From an uncultured beta proteobacterium (lineage in GTDB: Bacteria; Pseudomonadota; Gammaproteobacteria; Burkholderiales; Burkholderiaceae_F), in assembly GCA_963829995.1 (NCBI GenBank), contig CAWHKW010000031.1, positions 238,358 through 302,357 on the forward strand: a stretch of 64,000 bases of DNA, in the 5' to 3' direction. Under the pieces are notes generated by a model. That model was not told the DNA's origin, did not search any database, and worked only from the letters and a program-made list of their open reading frames with translations. Positions 1 to 12,271 of the stretch are shown here, piece after piece. A program made the translations under genes and the position numbers. Position 1 is the first letter of the stretch; each line of letters begins with the position of its first letter.

Positions 1-972
1 GAGCGGGTCGCCGTACTTCAGCGCGCGGGTCTTTTCGAGCAACAGCTCGACGAAACGGTCGGCCACCTTTTGCTGCACCAGCATCCGCTTGACTGCCGTG
101 CAGCGCTGCCCCGAGTTCTTGTACGAGCCGCTCGCCGCAAGGCTCGCTGCTTCCTCCAGATCGGCGTCTTCCATCACGATGATCGGATCGTTGCCGCCGA
201 GCTCGAGAACCTGCCGCTTGTAGACCGCCTTGGCAGCGATCGCCTTGCCGACGGCGACGCCGCCGGTAAACGTCACCAGATCGACGTGTGCATTGGTCAA
301 CAGCTCATCGGCGATCTCGCGCGGATCGCCGGTGACGACCGACAACATCGGTGGCGGCAACCCCGCTTCGTACAGAATGTCTGCAAGCGCGTAGGCCGCG
401 AGCGGTGTCTTCTCGCTGGGCTTCAACACGACCCGATTGTTGGTTGCAATCGCAGGCGCAACCTTGTGGATCACCTGATTCAGCGGATGGTTGAACGGCG
501 TGATCGCCGTGATAACGCCGAGCAGCGGCTCACGCATCGTGTAGACCTTGCGCTTGCGCCCATGCGGGGTGACGTCGCACGAGAACACCTGGCCGTCGTC
601 TACCAGCGCCTGGTTCGCGGAGAACAGCAGCACGTCGCTGGCGCGACCGACTTCGTACAGCGTGTCCTTCAGGCACAGGCCGGACTCGAGCGTGATCAGC
701 CGCGCCAGTTCATCCCGGCGCTTGGCGATGATTTCGCCGGCCTTCATCAGAATGCGATAGCGGTCGTGCCGTGTCAGCGAGCTGCGAAACTTTGCGCCGA
801 GTTCGATCGCGCGGCGTACTTGCTGCACCGACGCGCTCGGAACGACTGCAATCACGTCGCCGGTATACGGGTAGCGGACTTCGAAGTGCCGATCGCCCGC
901 CACCTTGTCGCCGGCGATGCGGAGTGATTCGGTTCGAACCGGAGCACGTGGCGAATCCATGAGTGCGTTCAT
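1..972 (-). CDS. phnY: Aldehyde dehydrogenase family protein, probable phosphonoacetaldehyde dehydrogenase PhnY; start at 972, 3' end runs off the window
   Basis: Minus-strand translation from ATG 970-972 reads MNALMDSPRAPV...ELGGNDPIIV...SGQRCTAVKR, with ALDH motifs. It lies directly downstream of phnA (5-nt gap). The +strand ORF 70-927 is antisense noise. Confidence 0.7.
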   Translation of the reverse strand, partial: MNALMDSPRAPVRTESLRIAGDKVAGDRHFEVRYPYTGDVIAVVPSASVQQVRRAIELGAKFRSSLTRHDRYRILMKAGEIIAKRRDELARLITLESGLCLKDTLYEVGRASDVLLFSANQALVDDGQVFSCDVTPHGRKRKVYTMREPLLGVITAITPFNHPLNQVIHKVAPAIATNNRVVLKPSEKTPLAAYALADILYEAGLPPPMLSVVTGDPREIADELLTNAHVDLVTFTGGVAVGKAIAAKAVYKRQVLELGGNDPIIVMEDADLEEAASLAASGSYKNSGQRCTAVKRMLVQQKVADRFVELLLEKTRALKYGDPL

Positions 973-976
973 GCCT

Positions 977-3007
<2,031 letters not shown>

Positions 3008-3018
<11 letters not shown>

Positions 3019-3043
3019 TCAGCAAAAAACAATTGACAGTCAA
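3008..3043. promoter_or_regulatory. Two palindromes (ATTGTCGACAAT at 3008-3019; TTGACAGTCAA at 3033-3043) in the divergent gntR/phnS intergenic region; candidate GntR operator sites
   Basis: Perfect dyad symmetry of the GT-N-AC type typical of GntR/FadR operators, lying between divergent promoters. Confidence 0.35.
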
Positions 3044-3153
3044 AATCGAGCTTGCCTAGACTGCAAGCGATTTGCGTAACTCTCATTTCTGTCACCATCG
3101 CGTCAATCTTGAAACCTAGCCTGTTCGGTCGTCCGCAACACAAGGAGAAATCG

Positions 3154-4185
3154 ATGAAATTCGTTTCCACCACGGCCGGCAAGCTGCTTGCGGCCGCTGC
3201 ACTTTCTGTTTTCGCCGTCGGCGCCTACGCGCAGAAGACGCAGCTCAGCGTTTACACCGCGCTCGAAACCGATCAACTGAAGGCCTACAAGGAAGGATTC
3301 GAAAAGGCCAACCCGAACATCGAGATCAACTGGGTGCGCGACTCGACCGGCATCGTCACCGCGAAGCTGCTCGCCGAAAAGGCAAACCCGAAGGCCGATG
3401 TCGTGATGGGGCTTGCCGCGACGAGCCTGGCGATCTTCAGTACCGAAGGCATGCTGGTGCCCTACGCACCGGCCGGATTGAGCCGCGTCGCCGCGCAGTA
3501 TCGCGACCCGAGTAATCCGCCGGCATGGGTCGGAATGGACGTCTGGGGTGCAACCATTTGCTACAACACGACCGAAGGCGCGAAGCGGAATATCCCGAAA
3601 CCCGAGACGTGGCGTGATCTCACGAAGCCGGTTTACAAGGGTCAGATCGTGATGCCGCACCCGGCGTCGTCCGGCACCGGGTTCTTCGACGTCTCCGCTT
3701 GGCTGCAGTTGTGGGGCGAAGCCGAAGGCTGGAAGTACATGGACGGCCTGCACGAAAACATCGCGCAGTACATGCATTCGGGTTCGCGCCCGTGCGCGGC
3801 GGCGGCGGCCGGTGAATACGTGGTCGGCATTTCGTTCGAATATCGCGCCAACCGCGAGAAAGCGCGCGGCGCACCGATCGAGCTGGTGTTTCCGAAAGAG
3901 GGACTCGGCTGGGATCTGGAGGCCATTGCGATCCACAAGGGCACGAAGAACCTGGCCGCGGCGCAGAAGCTACTCGACTGGGCGGTCAGCGACGAGGCGA
4001 TGGCGTTGTATGCGAATAACTTCGCGATCGTCGCGGTGCCGGCAATGTCGAAGCCGCTGCCGAACGTGCCGAGCGATTACGCAAGCCGCCTGGTGAAGAA
4101 CGACTTTGCATGGGCCGCGAAGAACCGCGATCGGATTCTCGCCGAGTGGAGCAAGCGTTACGAATCGAAGGCTGCTCCGAAGTAA
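3154..4185 (+). CDS. phnS: 2-aminoethylphosphonate ABC transporter periplasmic substrate-binding protein
   Basis: RBS AGGAGA at 3144-3149 and a signal peptide (MKFVSTTAGKLLAAAALSVFAVGAYA). Iron/AEP-type SBP fold, first gene of the transporter operon. Confidence 0.8.
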   Translation: MKFVSTTAGKLLAAAALSVFAVGAYAQKTQLSVYTALETDQLKAYKEGFEKANPNIEINWVRDSTGIVTAKLLAEKANPKADVVMGLAATSLAIFSTEGMLVPYAPAGLSRVAAQYRDPSNPPAWVGMDVWGATICYNTTEGAKRNIPKPETWRDLTKPVYKGQIVMPHPASSGTGFFDVSAWLQLWGEAEGWKYMDGLHENIAQYMHSGSRPCAAAAAGEYVVGISFEYRANREKARGAPIELVFPKEGLGWDLEAIAIHKGTKNLAAAQKLLDWAVSDEAMALYANNFAIVAVPAMSKPLPNVPSDYASRLVKNDFAWAAKNRDRILAEWSKRYESKAAPK

Positions 4186-4238
4186 CGTTGTTCCGGACGG
4201 CTCAGCCGCCGGAATAACTCGCCGGGTTCGAACGCACG

Positions 4239-5537
4239 TTGGCGTTCAACCCGGCGTTTTTGTTGCAGACTTCTGCCGTGACCGACGATAGCGCCTCAGT
4301 TCGTCTTGAAGGCATCAACAAAACGTTCGGCAGTTTTGTTGCTCTCAGATCCATCGATCTGGCGATCAACCCGGGAGAGCTGGTCTGCTTTCTCGGGCCG
4401 TCGGGCTGCGGCAAGACGACGTTGCTGCGAATCATTGCGGGTCTCGAGCAGCAAACCACTGGCCGCATCTGGCAAAACGGCGTCGATGTGTCGAACGCGC
4501 CGCCCGCCGCACGCGACTACGGAATCGTTTTTCAGTCGTATGCATTGTTTCCCAATCTGACGATCGCTGAGAACGTCGGCTATGGGCTGGTCAATCGGCG
4601 CAAGGGGCGCGCGGAGCTGACGGCGCGCGTTAACGAGCTGCTGTCGCTGGTCGGGCTGCCGGATGCGGGCGCGAAGTATCCGAGCCAGATGTCGGGCGGG
4701 CAGCAGCAGCGCGTGGCGCTCGCGCGCGCGCTGGCAACGTCACCGAGCCTGCTGTTGCTCGACGAGCCGCTTTCCGCGCTGGATGCCAAGGTCAGAGAGC
4801 GCCTGCGCGGCGAGATCAAGCAGCTGCAGCGCAGACTGCGCGTGACGACGATCATGGTGACGCACGACCAGGAAGAAGCGCTGTCGATGGCCGATCGCGT
4901 CGTCGTGATGAATGACGGGGTGATCGAGCAGGTCGGCTCGGCCAGCGAAGTCTACGAACGGGCCGCGACGCCGTTCGTTGCGGATTTCCTCGGCAAGGTC
5001 AACGTCCTGAAAGCCACATCGCTTGGTGGCGGGCGATATCGAGTCGGCCAGGTCGACCTGACCTTGCCGGTCAATGGCAATGCGGGCAATGCGGCCGGCG
5101 AGGCGGTGCGCATCTACATGCGACCCGAAGACCGGCATGTCGAAGGCGATATCGCAAGCCTGCCGAATCGCCTGCGCGGACGTATCGTTCGCATCGATTA
5201 TCTCGGCACGTTCTGCCTCGCTGAGCTGCGCAGTGACGCGCTCGGCCAGCCGATGATGATTTCGTATTCGCTGAACCAGCTGCATGACCTGGGGGTGCGT
5301 GAAGGAGCGGAAGTCGACATCGCACTAAGAGTCGACCGGGTTCGCGTGTTTGCCGACAACACTGCCGGCGCGAGCGAGCGCCATGAATTCGATTGCGCTG
5401 CCGGCCCGCAATGTCGGCGCACCTTCGCGCTTTGCGCTCGCCGGCGAAGCACTGGCTGCGCGCGGCGGCATCCTGTTGCTGGCGCTTGCCCTGTTCGTCT
5501 TTCTGACGGTGCCGCTCGCAATGATCTTTGCGCGTAG
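4239..5537 (+). CDS. phnT: AEP ABC transporter ATP-binding protein; the ORF is about 70 aa longer than expected and overlaps phnU, so the natural stop is probably lost to an indel
   Basis: Walker A GPSGCGKTT, signature LSGGQQQRVALARAL, Walker B LLLDEPLSALD. The C-terminal 70 aa read like out-of-frame phnU sequence. Confidence 0.75.
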   Translation: MAFNPAFLLQTSAVTDDSASVRLEGINKTFGSFVALRSIDLAINPGELVCFLGPSGCGKTTLLRIIAGLEQQTTGRIWQNGVDVSNAPPAARDYGIVFQSYALFPNLTIAENVGYGLVNRRKGRAELTARVNELLSLVGLPDAGAKYPSQMSGGQQQRVALARALATSPSLLLLDEPLSALDAKVRERLRGEIKQLQRRLRVTTIMVTHDQEEALSMADRVVVMNDGVIEQVGSASEVYERAATPFVADFLGKVNVLKATSLGGGRYRVGQVDLTLPVNGNAGNAAGEAVRIYMRPEDRHVEGDIASLPNRLRGRIVRIDYLGTFCLAELRSDALGQPMMISYSLNQLHDLGVREGAEVDIALRVDRVRVFADNTAGASERHEFDCAAGPQCRRTFALCARRRSTGCARRHPVAGACPVRLSDGAARNDLCA

Positions 5538-7114
5538 CGTTGAAGATCGCGCCGGCACTTTCGTCGGGTTGACCAACTTTGCGCAGTACGTGCAGTCACC
5601 GGCGCTGGCTCAGTCGACCTGGAACACGCTCACGTTCGCGGTGCTGACGACGCTGGTCACGGTGCCGCTCGCGTTCATATTTGCCTATTCGATTCAGCGC
5701 AGCTGCATTCCGTGGAAAGGATTGTGGCGCAACGTTGCGATGATTCCGATTCTGGCGCCGTCGCTGCTGGCGGCGATTTCTTTTATCTACCTGTTCGGCA
5801 ATCAGGGTGCATTCAAATTCATGCTCGGCTGGGTCGGTCTGCAATCGATCTACGGCATGCCGGGCATGGTGCTGGCGATGACCTTTGCATCATTCCCGCA
5901 TGCGGTGATGATCCTGATGGCCGCGCTCGCCTTGTCCGACGCCCGGCTGTATGAAGCCGCCGATTCGCTCGGCACCAGCGAGCGCCGCAAGTTCATGACG
6001 ATCACCCTGCCGGGTGCCAAGTACGGACTGATCTCCGCAAGCATGGTCGTGTTCACGATGGCGGTTTCCGAGTTCGGCGTGCCGAAGGTGATCGGCGGCA
6101 ACACGAACGTGCTTGCGGTTGATATCTACAAGCAGGTGATCGGCCAGCAGAACTTCTCGATGGGCGCGGTGGTTGGCCTGGTGCTTGCTGCTGCCGGCGG
6201 TGGTCGCGTTCATCATCGACCATAACGTGCGGCGCCGGCAGAAAGCTCTGTTAACCGCGCGCAGCGTGCCGTATCAGGCCAAGCCCGCGCGCGGGCGCGA
6301 TCGCATCCTGCTCGTGTTCGTCGTGCTGATGTCGGCGCTTTGCTGCTGACGGTCGTCGGCATGGCTGCCTTTGGTTCGTTCGTCAAGTTCTGGCCGTACA
6401 ACCTGTCGCTGACGCTGAACCATTACACGTACGGCTTTGCCGAATTCGGCATCGAGCACGCGTATCGCAACAGCCTGACCATGGCGCTGTGGTGCGGCGT
6501 GCTCGGTGCGGCCATTACCTTTGCCGGCGCCTACTGGCTTGAAAAGACGCGTGGTGCGGAACTGGCTGCGGCCGGCAATCCGCATGCAGGCGATGCTGCC
6601 GATGGCGGTGCCCGGCCTGGTGCTCGGTATCGGCTATATCCTTTTCTTCAACCAGGCCGCCAATCCGTTGAACTTCCTGTACGGAAGCATGGCGATTCTG
6701 ATTCTGTCGACCCTGGTGCACTTCTATTCATCAAGCCATTTGACCGCGGTTACTGCGTTGAAGCAGATTGATGGCGAGTTCGAATCCGTATCGGCGTCGC
6801 TGAAGGTCCCGTTCTACAAGACGTTCTGGCGCGTGACCGTGCCGGTCTGCCTGCCGTCGATCCTGGATATCGGCCGCTACTACTTCGTCAACGCGATGAC
6901 GACCATATCGGCGGTCGTGTTCTTGTATTCGCCGCAGACGACACTGGCGGCGATATCGATCCTGCAGCTCGACGAGGCCGGCGCCATCGGCTCGGCGGCG
7001 GCAATGGCGACCCTGATCGTGATCACTTCGGCAGGCGTCACGGCGTTACTGTTCGCCATCGAGTGGCTCTTGATCAGGCGCACGCAAAAGTGGCGCAACA
7101 CGGCGAAAACGTAG
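5383..7114 (+). pseudogene. phnUV: Fused PhnU/PhnV-type AEP ABC transporter permease, interrupted by at least 3 frameshifts near 6190, 6340 and 6560
   Basis: Three ORF pieces (5350-6225, 6340-6771, 6506-7114) carry permease TM segments. Alternate frames splice into one continuous permease (…LLPAVVAFIIDHNVRRRQKALLTARSV… and …RNWLRPAIRMQAMLPMAVPGLVLGIGY…). Confidence 0.7.
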
Positions 7115-7123
7115 GAGAACACG

Positions 7124-8265
7124 ATGATTCGCGGCAATGATCCGATTCTGCTGACGCCCGGTCCGCTGACCACGTCACTTCGCACGAAGCAGGCGATGCT
7201 CAACGATTGGGGTTCGTGGGACGCAGCGTTCAATTCGATCACCGCCAGTATCCGGCGTGATGTGGTCGAGATCGTTAACGGAGGTGACGACTACACGTGC
7301 GTTCCGCTTGCAGGGCAGCGGAACTTTTTCGGTCGAAGCGGCGATCGGCACGCTGGTGCCAGCGCGACGGAAAAGTGCTGGTGCCGAACAACGGAGCGTA
7401 TTGCGCGCGCATCGTTCGCATCTGCAAATATTTGAACCGCACGGTCGTTGACCTCGCGGTGCCCGAAGATCAGCCGACCACCGGCGCCATCGTCGAGGCG
7501 GCACTCGCTGCTGATCCGTCGATCACGCATGTGGCGCAGGTGCATTGCGAAACCGGCGCCGGAATGGTGAACGACTTGACCGGCGTCGCGCAAGCCTGCC
7601 GCAAACACGGCAAGGGCTTGATCGTCGACGCGATGAGCTCGTTTGCCGCACTGCCGGTCGACGTGCGCACGACTCCATTCGATGCGCTGGTCGCCGCCAG
7701 TGGTAAATGCCTGGAAGGCGTGCCGGGCATGGGCTTCGTGATCGTCAAGAAGGCGTTGCTCGAGAGCCGCGCGGGCAACGCGCACTCGCTGGCGATGGAT
7801 TTGCACGATCAGTACGTCTACATGGAGAAGACGACGCAGTGGCGCTACACGCCGCCGACGCATGTCGTCGCGGCATTGCGCGTTGCAATCGATCAGTTCA
7901 AGGAAGAGGGTGGTCAGCCTGCGCGCCTCGCTCGGTACACAGCAAACTGTGCAGCACTGATCGAAGGCATGGGCAAGCTTGGCTTTCGAACCTTCCTGGC
8001 ACCGGCAGTGCAGGCGCCGATCATCGTCACGTTCCATGCGCCGGCCGATGCGGCATACAGCTTCAAGACGTTCTACGAAATGACGCGTGACCGTGGGTAC
8101 ATTTTGTATCCGGGCAAGCTGACGCAGGTCGAAACGTTTCGGGTCGGATGCATTGGGGCGATCGATGCGAACGAAATGCGAAATGTCGTTAGTGCGGTTG
8201 AGCAGACGTTGAGAGTGATGGGTATTAAGCAGGTGGCACCGGTTGGTCAAAGGAAAGCCGCTTAG
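7124..8265 (+). pseudogene. phnW: 2-aminoethylphosphonate-pyruvate transaminase, disrupted by 2 frameshifts near 7310 and 7365
   Basis: N-terminus [18 protein letters not shown]; the middle [20 protein letters not shown] is in a second frame; the remainder (…[16 protein letters not shown]…[10 protein letters not shown]…) is in a third. Class-V aminotransferase family. Confidence 0.75.
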
Positions 8266-8271
8266 GCGCGG

Positions 8272-8450
8272 TGCGCAAGCGTTGGGCGGAGCTGGCCTGC
8301 CTGGGCGTCGGGCACTGAAGTGCCGACCACTGCGGTACTCACAACGCCGGCGCGAAATAAGGCTAAAGCGTTATTTCGCTCAACTGCCCCGGCGTTGCTC
8401 CGTTCCTCGGGCGACGCCCCGAAGGCAGGTCAGCTCCGCCCAACGCTTGC
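8272..8450. repeat. Long imperfect palindrome (about 29-bp terminal inverted repeats plus an inner dyad), MITE/REP-like, just 3' of phnW
   Basis: GCGCAAGCGTTGGGCGGAGCTGGCCTGCC at 8272-8300 has its reverse complement at 8420-8448 with one mismatch. The inner GGGCGTCG…CGACGCCC is also palindromic. Confidence 0.5.
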
Positions 8451-8567
8451 GCTTGAGACAGTCTCACTTGGTGTGGGGAAGGGAAAAAAACACCTCGTGC
8501 GAGGCGGTGTCGCGACAGCAGTGCGCGCTGCGCCAGCTGCCTGCCACCTTACGCAAATGCTTTCGCG

Positions 8568-10205
8568 TTACATGAAATCTTCTGGCGCCAGCGGACCGAG
8601 CAGCTCGACTTGCATGCGGCGCCAGAAGGTTGCGGGCTCACTGCGCAACGTGCTGGTTTCTTTCGCGTCGGTCGAGATCCAGGCCAGACCGCTTTCGTCG
8701 TAAGCCATCTTCCACACACGGTCGCTGGATGTCACCGCATCGAATGCTCGGACCACTTGTGCTGCAAGCTCCGGACTTTCCACCAGTATTCCCAGTTCAC
8801 TGTTGTACCAAGCTGAGCGTGGGTCGAAGTTCATCGAGCCGATCAGCACGGTGCGTTGATCCATGACGAAGGCCTTTGCATGCAGGCTTGCTTCGCTGTT
8901 GGGCGCGAGCCGCGCCGAACCGCGGCTCGCGCCGATGTCCGGCGCCGCGGTTGGCTTCAACTCGTAGATCGTCAGGCCGTGCTTGAGCAGGGCGGGCCGG
9001 TATTTCGCATAGCCCGCATGTACCAGCGGCACGTCGGTGGCACTCAGCGAATTGGTCAGCACTCGCACCTTCACACCACGGTCGACGAGGCTCTTCAGTA
9101 ATTCGGTACCGCTTTGGCCTGGTACGAAATAGGGCGACACCATCAGCAATGACTGGCGCGTCGCTCGTAGCTGCTCGGCAACCTCCGTCAAAACATAGCT
9201 TTCGACTTCCGGCGTCTTGTCGGCGTCGAACTTCGAAACCGGATCGACCACTGCGTGCGCAGTCGCCCATACGATGGCGCGCCGACCCGCAAGCAAGTCT
9301 CCGATCGGGTCGCTCTTATTCAACGAAATCCCGTAAGTCGTTGTCTTGGTCTGCTCGATCCGGCCAGCAAGCTCGGCCAGGCGTGCCGGCACTTTCTCCT
9401 TAGCGGCGCCATCGGGCGGCGTGATCGGCAACGCCCATTCGCTATTCCAGTACCGATCGAAGCTGCGGGAAATCTCGCGCGTCACGGGGCCCAGCGTCAA
9501 CACGTCGAGATCGGCAAACAGAGTTTCGCTCGGGCCGCTGAAATACTTGTTGCCTAGATTGCGGCCGCCGATGATTGCGCCGACGTTATCGGCAATCCAC
9601 GCCTTGTTGTGCATGCGGCGATTCAGACGCTCGCCGTCGGCGATGAACTCGAGCAGGCGCGCCGGGCCAAAGCCGCGTCCGGCGAACGGATTGAACACGC
9701 GCACCTCGATGCCAGGAATTGAAGCCAGCAGAGCCAAGTCAAGGCCGTCCCCCGACGCGTGCAGATCATCGACCAGAAGGCGAACACGAATCCCGCGACG
9801 AGCGGCATCGATCAGCTCGCCCATCAACAAGATGCCGCTTTCGTCGTTGAAAACCGCGTAGTACTGAACGTCCAGCGTGCGCGTGGCGCGCCGTGCAAGC
9901 CCAACGCGCGTGGAGAACGCTTCAACGCCCTGGCCGAGCAGGAACAGACCCGATTGGCCCGCGCTCGCGGTGCGCGGACGCAGCTTCGCCACTTGCCGGC
10001 CCAGCGGTGTCGCGTCCGGCGCGCTGAGCACGTACGACGGAGTCGGCGGCTCTTTCGGCTTCGGTGTGGTCGTGCAAGCCGTCAGCGTCGCTGCCAGCAT
10101 CGCGACGCAGAACGCAGAAGTCTTCAGGCGCAGCACGTTGTCATCTAGTGTGTGGAGTATCGATGGAAGGGGCGCGCTCGCCCGCCCGGCTTGTACCGAA
10201 CGCAC
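8568..10205 (-). CDS. Phospholipase D-family lipoprotein (two HKD motifs, cardiolipin-synthase-like)
   Basis: Lipobox LTAC, and HNKAWIADN plus a second HxK…D motif (LHAKAFVMD). The start codon is uncertain (10205 or the downstream Met). Confidence 0.75.
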   Translation of the reverse strand: MRSVQAGRASAPLPSILHTLDDNVLRLKTSAFCVAMLAATLTACTTTPKPKEPPTPSYVLSAPDATPLGRQVAKLRPRTASAGQSGLFLLGQGVEAFSTRVGLARRATRTLDVQYYAVFNDESGILLMGELIDAARRGIRVRLLVDDLHASGDGLDLALLASIPGIEVRVFNPFAGRGFGPARLLEFIADGERLNRRMHNKAWIADNVGAIIGGRNLGNKYFSGPSETLFADLDVLTLGPVTREISRSFDRYWNSEWALPITPPDGAAKEKVPARLAELAGRIEQTKTTTYGISLNKSDPIGDLLAGRRAIVWATAHAVVDPVSKFDADKTPEVESYVLTEVAEQLRATRQSLLMVSPYFVPGQSGTELLKSLVDRGVKVRVLTNSLSATDVPLVHAGYAKYRPALLKHGLTIYELKPTAAPDIGASRGSARLAPNSEASLHAKAFVMDQRTVLIGSMNFDPRSAWYNSELGILVESPELAAQVVRAFDAVTSSDRVWKMAYDESGLAWISTDAKETSTLRSEPATFWRRMQVELLGPLAPEDFM

Positions 10206-10268
10206 AGACTAGCAACCTGGAAGACCGCGGCGAGAACCGGCTGGCACAACCGGCTCGCCCGGCCATCG

Positions 10269-11120
10269 CTAGGTTGCCTTCAACGCCATGACTCCGATGA
10301 CAACTGCGCCCACTCCCGCCCAGCGGCGCGCAGTTAATCGTTCTTTCAGCAGTCGGGCGCCGATCAGTGTTGCGAACAGCACCGATGTTTCCCGCAGCGA
10401 TGCGACCAGTGCAACCGGGGCCTTCGTCATCGCCCAGACCGAGATGGCATACGCGCCGGCCGACAGTGCGCCTCCGATAAGCCCGTGCCGGCGCCGCTCG
10501 ATCAATGCAACCACGAACGCTCGCTTTCGCGTTGCCAGCATGTAAATCGAGAACGGGAGCGCATCCAGCACAAACAACCACACGATGTATGACCAGGGGT
10601 TGCCGGCAAGCCGTGCGCCGGTGCCATCGATGATCGTGTAGACGGCGATAACCGCCGCGTTACCGAGCGCGAAGCCGACGGCGCGCCCATGACCCAACAG
10701 CACAGGTGCATGGCCCGTCGGGCGCAGTGCCAACGCAATGACGCCGAGGGAGATCAGCAGCATGCCGGCCCAACTTAGCGGCGCCGGTAGCTCGCGCAGC
10801 CAGACAATGCCGAGCACCGCCGTGATCAGCGGCGCTACTCCACGCATCAGCGGATACACCAGCGACAACTCGCCGGTGCGGTACGCGTTGACCATCAGAA
10901 AGTAGTAGGCAAGGTGCGTGATGATTGAGCCAAAGATGTACGGCCAGCTGGCGGCATTCGGCAGCGGGACGACGAAAAGGAAGGGAAAGGCGATCAGGCC
11001 GGCGCCGGCGACGATCGTCGCCGTGTCGAGCAGCACGTCGCTGCCGCCTTTGATCATCGCGTTCCACGACGCGTGCAGCAGCGCTGCGAGCAGCACCGCG
11101 AGGGTGATCTCCAAGCTCAA
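10269..11120 (-). CDS. EamA/DMT-superfamily transporter
   Basis: Ten predicted TM helices with two EamA repeats; 283 aa. Confidence 0.75.
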   Translation of the reverse strand: MSLEITLAVLLAALLHASWNAMIKGGSDVLLDTATIVAGAGLIAFPFLFVVPLPNAASWPYIFGSIITHLAYYFLMVNAYRTGELSLVYPLMRGVAPLITAVLGIVWLRELPAPLSWAGMLLISLGVIALALRPTGHAPVLLGHGRAVGFALGNAAVIAVYTIIDGTGARLAGNPWSYIVWLFVLDALPFSIYMLATRKRAFVVALIERRRHGLIGGALSAGAYAISVWAMTKAPVALVASLRETSVLFATLIGARLLKERLTARRWAGVGAVVIGVMALKAT

Positions 11121-11144
11121 AGCGCGGGACTCAAGGCGCAGGGT

Positions 11145-12263
11145 TCAAGGCGGGAGCACGGCGTCGGCGGCGGTGTACGAAAGGTTCAGCGCCTTGGCGA
11201 CCGCTTTGTACGTGACTTTGCCCGCGGCGATGTTAAGTCCTTCCTTCAGGTATCTGTTTTCTGAAAGCGCGCGCCGCCAGCCCTTGTCCGCGAGCTGCAA
11301 TGCAAACGGGAGCGTTGCGTTGTTCAGTGCGTAGGTCGATGTGCGCGGCACCGCGCCCGGCATGTTGGCCACCATGTAGTGAACGACGCCATCGATGACG
11401 TACGTCGGGTCGGCATGCGTGGTCGGGCGCGACGTTTCGCAGCTGCCGCCCTGGTCGATTGCCACGTCAACTATCACCGAGCCGCGCTTCATCTGCGGCA
11501 GCATCGCGCGCGTAACGAGCTTTGGTGCCTCGGCGCCCGGAATTAACACGCCGGAAATCACCAGATCGGCGCGCAATACTTCGCGCTCGACGTTGTCACG
11601 ATTCGAAAATATCGTCTTCACGCGTGCACCGAGCATCGAATCCATGCGGCGCAAGGCGTCGATCGAGATGTCGATGACGACGACTTCGGCGCCAGTGCCT
11701 ACGGCCATCTGTGCTGCGTTGATGCCGACCATGCCGGCGCCGAGAATCACGATGCGGCCCGGCGGCACGCCGGCAACGCCTCCGAGCAGCATTCCCATGC
11801 CGCCGGCGGACTTTTCGAGGCAACGCGCGCCCGCTTGCACCGACAAACGCCCCGCCACCTCCGACATCGGCGCCAGCAGCGGCAAGCCGCCGGTTGCTGC
11901 AGTCACTGTTTCATAGGCGATGCAAATAGCGCCGCTCTTCAACAGATCGGCCGTTTGCTCGGGGTCGGGCGCCAGGTGCAGGTACGTGAACAGAATCTGC
12001 CCGTCGCGCAGCATCGCGCGCTCGATCGGCTGCGGCTCCTTGACCTTGACGATCATCTCGGCGCGCTTGAATACATCTTCGGCGCTGGCAGCGATCTCGG
12101 CACCGGCGCGCCGATAGTCGTCGTCGGTCGCGCCGATGCCTTCACCGGCGCCGGTCTGCACCAGCACCACATGGTTGTGCATCGTCATTTCGCGCACCGA
12201 AGATGGCGTCAGGCCGACGCGATATTCGTGAACCTTGATCTCCTTCGGGACCCCGACCAGCAT
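11145..12263 (-). CDS. ald: Alanine dehydrogenase
   Basis: MLVGVPKEIKVHEYRVGLTP…, with a GAGMVG NAD-binding site and the typical ~370 aa length. Confidence 0.85.
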   Translation of the reverse strand: MLVGVPKEIKVHEYRVGLTPSSVREMTMHNHVVLVQTGAGEGIGATDDDYRRAGAEIAASAEDVFKRAEMIVKVKEPQPIERAMLRDGQILFTYLHLAPDPEQTADLLKSGAICIAYETVTAATGGLPLLAPMSEVAGRLSVQAGARCLEKSAGGMGMLLGGVAGVPPGRIVILGAGMVGINAAQMAVGTGAEVVVIDISIDALRRMDSMLGARVKTIFSNRDNVEREVLRADLVISGVLIPGAEAPKLVTRAMLPQMKRGSVIVDVAIDQGGSCETSRPTTHADPTYVIDGVVHYMVANMPGAVPRTSTYALNNATLPFALQLADKGWRRALSENRYLKEGLNIAAGKVTYKAVAKALNLSYTAADAVLPP

Positions 12264-12271
12264 TTGTTCTC

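Noticed and set aside
70-927. 285-aa +strand ORF at the window start
   Set aside because: It is antisense to the clearly homologous aldehyde dehydrogenase (phnY) on the minus strand. Typical high-GC antisense ORF with an Arg/Ala-rich composition.
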